Below the pieces are notes generated by a model. The model made no database searches. It saw nothing but the letters and a program-made list of their open reading frames with translations, and had not been told where the DNA came from. The translations under genes and the position numbers were made by a program. A DNA stretch of 64,000 nt from Octopus sinensis. Taxonomy: Eukaryota. The stretch covers positions 310,001 through 374,000 of the forward strand of contig NW_021826031.1 of assembly GCF_006345805.1 (NCBI RefSeq), read 5' to 3'. Every line of letters starts with the position of its first letter. Position 1 is the stretch's first letter. Below, piece by piece: positions 24,570 to 33,968 of the stretch.

Positions 24570-25355
24570 AAAAAAGCCGAAAAAGGCCGACACAATCGAT
24601 TCTAAAATTCGAGATTGTATAAACTAAAGTATTATATATGCAAATATACTATTAGAAAGCCTCCAGTGAGTCTATCATATAGTGCCGCATGTTTTATGAA
24701 TTGTGGGCTAACCAATAGCCTCACTTTCCGTTGTAAAAATTCCACGATAACTGGCAATGATTATAAAAGAAAATACTGATTATTGATCCAAAAACGCGCC
24801 ATCATTGCGCCCGAACCGATGGTCGTTACGTGACACCACATATACACCACGTATTCTACACTTGTGAAGGAATCTATCACAAATTGATACATTCGCCCAT
24901 TCAGTACACATAAGAGAATAACTTTTTAAAAATATAACAAGAACTCAAATATACCGATAATTGATGCGGAAGTATAAAATTTGATAGAATTTTTTTAATG
25001 AAATCTTTTACAAACATTGGATACACATTCCAAGACTTTCTAGAAAACAAATTAATTTAAAAAATACACAAAACTACGAGAACATTTTTCCTTTAGGATT
25101 TCAAAAACATTCATGTTCCCAGTAAAACCAATGATCGCGTTATTGGCAATCTGGGAAATTTTATAGTTATCATCAGTATCCGATATTTTAGTACAAAATT
25201 TCATTACAGCTTTCGTCGGGATTATTTAAAGAACGAGTCACTCTTGTATCTGATGCCAGAACAACACCTCCCAAATAAGGAATTGCAACCACGGTTGTAA
25301 AACTTGTAGGATTCTAAAACAAAATTATAAAATTCTAAACGACCAGTTGAAACAT
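24570..25355 (-). CDS. Divergent 20S proteasome beta-type subunit; intron-containing, with apparent frameshifts
   Basis: MFQL|NPTSFTTVVAIPYLGGVVLASDTRVT, KISQIANNAIIGFTG, TIGSGA, TTESEAIG and HAALYDRLTGG. These are N-terminal-nucleophile proteasome beta motifs. Several 25-30-nt GT-AG introns. 3' end approximate. Confidence 0.7.
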
Positions 25356-26727
25356 TTTTATCCATTAACACGCGGAAACATTTATAAATATCACTTTAAT
25401 CACGGCGTAAGGTTATGGCTAACTTCAAAGATGGCAGCGTCTCAAATTTCAGTATGGTTATGAGAAACAAGATCAAAGAAAAATTGAAAATAATTCTCGT
25501 TCAAGAAACAAGACATTTTCTTGTTTTGAACATATTTTGATTTATTTTGTAATTGTAAATATTTTTTATCAAAAAGGCAATGAATTGGTCAAAACATCGG
25601 TTTTTAATATAACTTTTTTTGCGATTTTCAAAGTATACAAGGCGATATCGTGTTTTAGCGTCTTAAAATCATAAGGGACCAATTTTGATTAGAAATCGCA
25701 AATAAATTAATATTATTATATTATTTTTTAAAAATTATTATAATTATCAAAATAATTATTATCTGCAACGCTTTAACAGTATTTTTGAATGATGTCTCGC
25801 GGAAGGCCGTCTGCATCGACTATTATTGTTAATAATACTCAACCAACATATGATTTGTTACTATTTGAATTAATCACCGAGATTTTGTGGAAATAACAGT
25901 GACCACGCAGATACGGTCAATTGGGTGGCTCAATATCAGCTAATCAAAAATTCGATGAAATGCGAAACTGCAGCACGGATTGCCGTCTTCTTTCAGACAA
26001 ATCCCGACTCGACAAATTAAAGTGGAAATGTAAAACATGCAATTTCTCAAAATCGATTTGAGATGGCAGCTTTTTCTCACATAGTCATCTTGAATTGAAG
26101 CAAATTTTGGACTATATCTATTTTTGGGCACTCAACTCAGAAACGATTATCTGCAGCAAAGAATCTCGATCAGACTTTAAAAAAACATCAATTGATTGGG
26201 GCAACTTTTTACGTGATGTATGCGTAAAGTGGGTCGAGGACCATCCTTGTTCTCTCGGTGGAATTAACCCAGAAACTATGTTGCCAATTGTCGTAGAAGT
26301 GGATGAAACAAAATATTTTCATCGAAAATACGCAAGAGGTACCTGGCACGAAGGGCATTGGGTTGTTGGTGGAAAAGAGAGGGGCACCCTAGGAATATTT
26401 TCTGGTCGAAGTTCCTGATCGGAGTCGAGACACGCTGATTCCAATAATCCAAACTCATGTACAGAACGGAATCGAATAGAATCGAATTGTTAGGATATGC
26501 CGATCATTTAAGAGTCAACCACAGCCGCAATTTTGTTGACCAGAACAATCGGTCCACACAACGCAGGGAATCGAGTCATTGTGGTCTCACGCCAAGAACA
26601 AGCTAAAAAGGATGAATGGAACATCCCGTGTTCTTTTTAATTCTTATCTGGCGGAATTTGAATGGCGGTGGAGAAATGATACGTATCCCTGTGGAGGCGG
26701 GAATGCATTTATTAAAATGTTAATAAC

Positions 26728-27430
26728 TGTGACCGGTTGAATACGAGCCCAGGTTGAATACGAGCCGTTAAACGAGCCGTCAAAGTGGCGTTATACGAGC
26801 CGTTAAATGGCGTGAATGCCGTTAAATCATATTAGGGTTAGGGTCAGGGTTAGGGTCAGGGTTAGGGTCAGGGTTAGGGTCAGGGTTAGGGTCAGGGTTA
26901 GGGTCAGGGTTAGGGTCAGGGTTAGGGTCAGGGTTAGGGTCAGGGTTAGCGTCAGGGTTAGCGTCAGGGTTAGGGTCAGGGTTAGGGTCAGGGTCAGGGT
27001 TAGCGTCAGGGTTAGCGTCAGGGTTAGCGTCAGGGTTAGCGTCAGGGTCAGGGATTAGGGTTAGGGTCTGTTTTCTTTAGTGTCTTTTTTATGATGAATA
27101 TGTTTATAAATAACGTTGAAATCATTTATAGTTAGAGTTAAAGTTAAGATTAGAGTTAAAGTTGTTACAAACTTGTAATTTGCTAATGTCGCAATTTATA
27201 ATATCAAAAATAAAAATAATTCACATTATAATTTGCTAATGTTGTAAATAATTTTACTATTTTAAAGCAAACATGGTTCAAATATAAACAATCATTTTTT
27301 CAAAAATTTAAAGTTCAATCATTAGTTCGGACGTTTGCCTTTATTGTAATTGGCCTTTTGAATCGGTATATTAATTATCGATCTTTTTAACGGCTCGTAT
27401 TCAACCGTATCTCATTATGAACCGGTCACA
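26728..27430. mobile_element. 703-bp non-autonomous element with TGTGAC...GTCACA termini and an internal telomere-like array
   Basis: TIR TGTGACCGGTT / AACCGGTCACA with perfect 5-bp TSD ATAAC at 26723-27 and 27431-35. Subterminal GGTTGAATACGAGCC motifs are reiterated on the left and inverted on the right. Confidence 0.85.
26832..27066 (+). repeat. Interstitial telomere-like tandem array (TTAGGG/TCAGGG/TTAGCG)
   Basis: Read directly: about 39 hexamers, mainly the 12-mer TCAGGGTTAGGG, later TCAGGGTTAGCG. Confidence 0.97.
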
Positions 27431-27949
27431 ATAACTATTAATTCTCAGTATCTTTTGTCTTAATAATTCGAGTTTTTCACTGTTTTCATGTTTTACTAAG
27501 TTGCTGTAAAAAATGTAGTTTTAAAAAAATTTAAATTTAGGGTTGCCACAGTATTGTACATATAAATTTAATTATAATAATTTTTAAAAAATAATATATA
27601 ATATTAATTTATTTGCGATTTCTAATCAGAATTGGTCCCTTATGATTTTAAGACGCTAAAAACGATATCGCCGTATACAAAGATTAAATAAACCATTAAG
27701 TGAATATATTTTGTTAAAATTATTTTTAAATTATTATTTTTTAATTGAAATAAAATAAATTTTATTTCCGTCATTGTGGTGATATTCTTGTTAAATGTTC
27801 TTAAATTTTGACTGTAGATTTTTATTAATTACACTGATAGATGTTAAGCTTGAAGACATGAAGAAAGTTTCTGGAGAGGGTTTTTTGGAGGTGCCAAGCA
27901 CAGTTAATTTTTAGTAATAACACTGCTAGATTATACGTATGAAGAACTT

Positions 27950-28282
27950 ATGAAAATTCATAAAAAGTTGGCGTCCCCGCGATGCAAATTTACCTTTGAA
28001 AGTCCCGAAATTCAACATATGTTGTCACCATCCTTAAAAGAGTTATTGAAGACCAAAGGCCTTCTCAAGAAAAGAGTTACAGCAGCTACATTCAGTGATG
28101 AGGCCCTGAAAGATGCTGCCTTTGTGGTCGTCTTATCAGAAGAGCCTCCCCCAGTACTATTCTGCTTGAAGGGATCTACCCTCAGCATATTCGCTGCACA
28201 GAATTTGTGTATGGACGTGACTGTTTTAAACGTTCTTTTTATCCAAAATCCGAACAAGAAAAAGTCGCAAACTTTTATTAAT
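27950..28282 (+). other. Unidentified ORF interrupted by Ginger copy 3
   Basis: Open frame of more than 100 codons. The Ginger insertion seems to sit in a candidate tiny intron (gtcgca...ttttag). No family recognised. Confidence 0.25.
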
Positions 28283-29610
28283 TGTTACAGTAAATATAGA
28301 TACCAGGAAATAGCGATCCGAAGTAAAATAATTATAAAATTTTATATTGTCCAAATAGAGAAATCTATAAAGACAAATACTGTGCAGGACGATTTTTTCG
28401 TTAATTTGATAATTTTATAAATTATAAATAGCTTACTACAAAATCTGCTTTAAAATCGTACGGAATAATGAAAATATTTGCTTAAGAATAGATTCGTTTA
28501 TTGTTTGAATTGTTAATTTTTTTAAATGTTTAAATGACGCTTTTTGTTAACAATTTAGTCAATTTCGCGTTTAAATCTTTATGGAGTGTATTTTAGTTTC
28601 GATTTCATTTATTTAAACAAAAATGAAAATATGGAAAAGTAATTCAAATTCTTTTTTTTTTGAAATAGCAAATAGTTGTCTATTTTCGATTGCAATCATA
28701 AAGAACAAAAAATTAAGATATAAAGAAGTTTATTCCGAAACAAATTTTTTAGTTTTCCAACGATAGCTAGTCTATTAATATCGATCTCGTAAGGCCTCAT
28801 GATTGATCAACATATTCGTCGAACTAATTTGGACCCTGTCGTGCTGTAAAATCCCAACGACAGTATATTCAGTACAATCCAAATGTTCGTGGAATGGTCG
28901 ACGGCGTGTTGTTGTATTCGTATCTGTGTCGGTGTGGATGACCACTTTCGTCCCCAGAGGAAAGTCAAGGATATCATTCCTCCAATTAGATCGTCTCCTC
29001 ATGGATTCAGCAGCACCTTTCTCGATAATCAGCCTTTCTCGTGAAAACTTGGCAATTATTGGAGTAATTTGTCTCCTGGTTGCGAGCGTACGACGAGCTA
29101 TGCAAGTTGTACATGCACTTAGAACATGATTCACATTTCTATGCTAATTCCATATGCCAAGTTCTTCATATGATTGAATAATTTATCTCGACCTGGATGC
29201 CCCTATCCAGGTGACACAACCGGACATAATCATAAAGTTGTTCTTGTTCTTCAACAGTAAAAAATCGGACAAAATGATCAACTCCACGTTTAAACATAAG
29301 ATTCGGCGGAAAGTGAATAACTTACTCGCCCGGAGCCTGAAGGAACGAATTTCATTGGCGGTACTGAGTGTTGACGGTAAATTCGCATTGACTAGATAAT
29401 CAATAATCTGATCCCTTTCATAATTGCACATCGATAGATATCCCATGCTCAATAAAAATTTATTATTTTTTGCAAAAAATAAAAACATTTTCAAAATAAA
29501 ATGATTATTACTAAATAGACATATAAATTGCTTAATTTATTTATATTTGAATACTATTCGCTCTATTTACTACGGATCGCTATTTCCTGGAATCCCTATT
29601 TACTGCGACA
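28283..29610 (-). mobile_element. Ginger-type transposon of a third family, integrase core deleted
   Basis: TIR TGTTACAGTAAATATAGATACCAGGAAATAGCGATCCG vs reverse complement TGTCGCAGTAAATAGGGATTCCAGGAAATAGCGATCCG. Flanks ttaat/ttatt (4 of 5 match). ORF CHLDRG...SACTTC...ITPIIAKFSRERLII is fused to DFPLGTKV. Confidence 0.8.
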
Positions 29611-29759
29611 TTATTGTTTTCGTTTTAGTTAAATTGGCTTTTTTGTTTAAAAAGTTTTATTTACTTCCTTCCTAGTAGAATGTCACTTCCATTGTTTTAT
29701 ATAGACTGCAGCTCTGAAATTTAGGAATCTTGCTAACTTCGGCCAGCCTCAAAGAGTCC

Positions 29760-30200
29760 CAGGATCGACAGTAGACAGAGCGAGATTCCCGCGCGAGAAT
29801 GTGTCTTAGCGGTGAAGTCCAAATAAGGAATTTCCCTTCCTCGAAGGGAAGGTAGACATGCTATCTGGGCGTTTGTCGTCTTTTCTATCCACCCAAACCG
29901 GCTCGAGGATTATTGCGTTGAGTTTACTGTTGCGATGTGCACAACCAGCACTCCGACGGCAAGTGAGAGAGTGGAAACTACTCTTCAACAGTCTCCACAG
30001 CGGCATTTTTGCGTCTGACAGATTTTTAGCTCGATACGGAGGGGGATTGCGATTTTTAAGCAATCTTTTTCCACTAGATTTCCGATGGACGGAAGATGGA
30101 GAGACTTTCCGATGGACGGAACAAAACACTGCTGCTTTGCTTGCACATAAGCAAGCGAGTCGGCGTTGATTGGAAACAGTTAAACATGTAGAAAATAGAG
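29760..30200 (-). mobile_element. CRE-clade endonuclease fragment
   Basis: HSLTCRRSAG...LEPVWVDRKDDKRPDS. Confidence 0.7.
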
Positions 30201-30229
30201 CATAAATACAGTCAAACCCCGCCCAAAAA

Positions 30230-30820
30230 AAACTCCGCATTAATACCGGATCAAGATCAAAGAAAAATTCAAAATAATTCTCCTTCAAGAAACAAGACAT
30301 TTTCTTGTCTTGAATATACTTTGATTTATTTGTTATGAGAAACAAGATCAAAGAAAAATTGAAAATAATTCTTCTTCAAGAAACAGAAATTTCTTCTTTC
30401 ATTAATACCGGATCAGTCATTTCAAGATTAGTTCAAATAGATGAAGTTCAACAAGTTTCTAATGAAATAAATCAATTTGAAAAACTTGACGAATTAACTT
30501 TTAATGCTTTTCGTTGATTGAGGGAAGATTCCTTTTCTATTTCGGGTACATTAATCAAAGCCATCAAAAAATAATATTGACAAAATTGGATTCTTGAACA
30601 TCTTTTAAAGCTTCAAACGGTTGGTTAGACAGATTTAAGAAAAGATATCATCTTGTTTTTAAAACCATTTCTGATGAAAAAAAATATAGCAGCCAAAAGT
30701 AATTTTCCAAATTTGTTCTTTCAATTCGATATTTTATTGAAAACTTATGGTCATGAAAATATTTTCAATTGCGATGAAACATCTTTGTATGTTAAAAAAT
30801 TTCCTTCAAGATCTTATGTC
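30230..30820 (+). mobile_element. pogo/Tigger transposase remnant
   Basis: YGHENIFNCDETSLY. An upstream ~70-bp unit (aagatcaaagaaaaatt...caagaaaca) is duplicated here and also occurs at ~25465-25550. Confidence 0.6.
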
Positions 30821-30879
30821 TAATCGATGAAAGCATTCATTCAATCGACCTTTAATGTGTCAAGTTGAGTAAAAAAACT

Positions 30880-32380
30880 GCATCTGCTATCACAAAATGG
30901 GCGTGCCCCTCATGCCTTCTCCCGAACTGCATCTCACCCCCTGGCTCCCCTGAACCCTCTAAAAGCCAACTAGTGCTAGTGCTCATCAATTTGATGTTAA
31001 CTCATTCCTCATCAACTTGTCCAGCTTCCGAAGTTCTTTGAAAATCCTCTTCGCATTCCAAAGTTAGCTAGGATACAAGTTTCCAAATGTCTTACTTCCT
31101 TCATCAACATGTGCTCACGTCCAACAGTTGGGAACATGGTTTCGTCTAATCAGTTTTGCCCCACTGGCGCTTGGAACCCCATCCGCACTGGGAAAAATCC
31201 ACCTCCTCTCGCAGAATCGATTAAAGAGAACATCAACAGAATTTTTTCGCACTCAATCTTGCCTGATGTTGATCGCAGGCACTCCTCAAATAACAAAAAG
31301 AAAACCCCACAGTGTTTTGAGGACACCCTGAATGACCGTGTTCGTGCCAAACTAGCCGAGGGTGACGTCCGGGCTGCAATTCGGGAGAATCAGGTCCTCC
31401 TACGCAGCTGTGAAACTCGATCTCCGCAACGCATTCAACAGTGTGAGGAGAGACTATCCTCGAGGCTTGCCTCAAAAGGGCTCAGGAGATCTCCCATTTG
31501 GTTTTCCTATCCTACGGCGAAGAGAGCACGGTTATCTTTGGTAACGAAATCGTCCGCTCCCATACAGGAGTTCAGCAGGGAGAACCACTCGGGCTCTCCT
31601 CTTTGCACTTGAAATCGATGATGCAGTGCACTCTGTTGAATCTCCGTTCAATCTATGGTACTTGGATGATGCCTCGGTTTGTGGATCTATCGAGGACATA
31701 TCCAACGACCTTTCACACCTAATCCCTGCCCTCAAACACCTTGGGCTTGAAGTAAATGAAGAAAAATGTGAGCTCATGAATGTCAACTACTCGCTGGCAA
31801 ATTTTCTCGACTTAAAAAGCCCATAACCGTTCTCATCCCAGGCATTCAGACTATCAACATGTCAGAGGATTCTGGCTAGTGGATCCTGGCTCGACGCTTA
31901 CCCAGCGTCATCGACGGGTTCCCTATTAGACAACGAAACACTGCGTATCGGGGTTGCTCTTCGGCTGGGGCTTGATGTCTGCGCCACTCATCCCTGTCGA
32001 TGCGGTGGTACGGTGGACGTGAAAGGCCTTCACCCCCTATCCTCCCGCCGGAGCGCAGGCCGCTCGCCTCGTCATGGAGCAATCAACGACGTAATCTCGA
32101 GAGCACTCAACGCTGCTGGCTTCCCCAATGTACTAGAATCAGCCGGATTGAACAGAGGGGACGGCAAACGCCACTCGGCATTCCTTCGTGCCTGTGGCTT
32201 TTGAGACATCAGGCGCTTCCGGTCCGCTCACTTCATGCTTCTTAAAAGACCTCGGTATCCTCATTGCTCGGAAGAAAATGGATGCTCGCGAGTCCTCTTG
32301 GTTGAGGCAGAGGATCTCGCAATCGTGCGCGGGAACGCGCAAGCAATCCGTTCATCTGGGCTATAACCCCTGAATAAATT
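30880..32380 (+). mobile_element. Degenerate CRE-clade retrotransposon
   Basis: RAKLAEGDVRAAIR, KLDLRNAFNSVRRD, GVQQGEPLG, WYLDDAS and [20 protein letters not shown]...GDGKR. Many frameshifts and deletions. Confidence 0.85.
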
Positions 32381-32409
32381 TTTAATTTTATCTAAAAACC
32401 TAATGATTT

Positions 32410-33445
32410 GAATACAGGATAATGCACCTTGCTATAAATCTAAAATGGTACAAGATTATATTAAAGAAAAAAACATTATTTTTCTTTCTGGCCGGCTCAA
32501 TCACCGGATCTAAACCCCATAAAACATCTATGAGCAGAAATGAAGAGAGAATTATCAAAAAATGTAGTCAAAAACAAAAATGAACTAAAGGACAAATTAA
32601 CAGAAATATGGAATAAATATCACCAGAATTATTGAAAAAACTAGTAATGTCTATGAAAAATAGGTTTTATAAAATTTTCAGTTTGTCCGGTTTTTAGTGA
32701 CGAGGGATGTATATTACACAAACTTCCTAATGGACTTTATGTTTAATTTGAAAGAAGATACAACAATTAATCATAAATCTTTGAAAAATGTAGGTATGCG
32801 ACAGATTATGGTACTTGTTAGAAAAGCGTGGATGAAAGTTAAAGAAACAACAATAGTTAATTGTTGGAAGAAAATTGAGGAAAATAGAGAAAAATTAGTT
32901 GAAGATAAAAATTGCGTGGAAGAAATCCTGAAGAAATAATAACTGAAGTATTATCGGAAGAAAACGAAGATCTAATCAAAAGTCGCGAATTTTATACTGA
33001 AATTGGGACAGAGGACAAAACAACGATATTAGAAACGTATGAAATGATGGATAAGTTGAAAAATGTAGCGCAAAATACATCTTTTGAGACACTCCAAAAA
33101 TATTATGAGTTTAGATTTCAACTTGGAAAAGATTTAAGAAATAAGAAAAATTTGCAATTGACTGATTATTTCAAAAAAATGTTTTAAAAATAATAATTTA
33201 TTTTAATCAAAATCAAATTAAAAAACAGAATAGAAATCTATAAAACTGTAGAGCAAAAAAACATAACTTATTGTATTATCGGCATATAAACACTTTGGAA
33301 GATGTGAAGAAGTTCTTTGATCTTAAAGTAAACCAAAATTTAAATTAAATGAACAATAATTCAATAATTTCAACCAGACCCCTGTTTGGAAGAGCACCCC
33401 CTCTTTCTTGGGCACTTTAGTGCCTCACCCTGAGGTTAGACTGTA
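32410..33445 (+). mobile_element. Tc1 3' remnant (~32410-32680) followed by a pogo/Tigger 3' remnant (~32690-33445)
   Basis: QDNAPCYKSK...NPIKHL, then KAWMKVKETTIVNCWKK. Candidate right end GGTTAGACTG|TA near 33445. Confidence 0.6.
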
Positions 33446-33649
33446 TAAGGCAGACGCCTTATAAATAGAAATTTACTTGTTTTGTAGCAACTTAATAATA
33501 ATCTAATTAAAAAAATTAATCTTACAAAGCCAATTAAACTTTTTACTTGACGTCAAAAAGACTAACAGTGCCATTATTTAATTTTTAACTAAAATTAGAC
33601 AAATTCCTTGATCAGTAAAAAGTCGACGTGCCTCTCTTAGTTATGTCTC

Positions 33650-33810
33650 AAACATTTTCTCGTTCTATTCAATCAGGGCCATTTACTATCGCCTCATTTA
33701 ATGTTAAAGGACTGTTAGCGAGTTAGAAACGGAACAGGCTGTGCTAGGATTTTGATCTTTATGGAGTGGATCTGTGTTGTCTTCAAGAGACAAAAGTCGC
33801 TGAAATTAAA
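33650..33810 (+). mobile_element. RTE endonuclease N-terminal fragment
   Basis: FTIASFNVKGL...VDLCCLQETK. Confidence 0.6.
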
Positions 33811-33968
33811 AAAATTAAATTTGTAAACTGAAAATTATTATTAAAGTAAACATTTTCAACTTTGTCTTTTTATAAAAAATTAATTAAATAGAATTTTTCA
33901 CTTATTCAAAAAATTAACTTGTGTTGTGGTTTGGACATGCACGTTGATTTATTTAGTCGACTAATAAA

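Larger units (their letters stand above)
25641..27672 (+). mobile_element. Merlin transposon 2 (frameshifted transposase), carrying a nested telomere-repeat element
   Basis: ~105-bp TIR GGCGATATCG...TTTAGCGTCTTAAAATCATAAGGGACC with 8-bp TSD GTATACAA at 25633-40 and 27673-80. Motifs VEVDETKYFHRKYARG, HWVVGG, VNHSRNFVD and SYLAEF. Confidence 0.9.

Noticed and set aside
26737-26826. CRISPR-like short repeats (GAATACGAGCC, GCCGTTAAA)
   Set aside because: They are irregular subterminal repeats of the miniature element, with no unique spacers or cas genes, in a eukaryotic context.
26816-27058. ORF of poly(VR) dipeptides
   Set aside because: It is a translation of the hexamer array. Nothing supports it as a gene.
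26832-27066. True chromosome end or telomere fusion
   Set aside because: The array has one orientation and is enclosed by TIRs, a TSD and an outer Merlin with its own TSD.
12518-32380. CRE elements targeting telomeric repeats like MoTeR or Cnl1
   Set aside because: No CRE junction in the window lies in or next to TTAGGG repeats.
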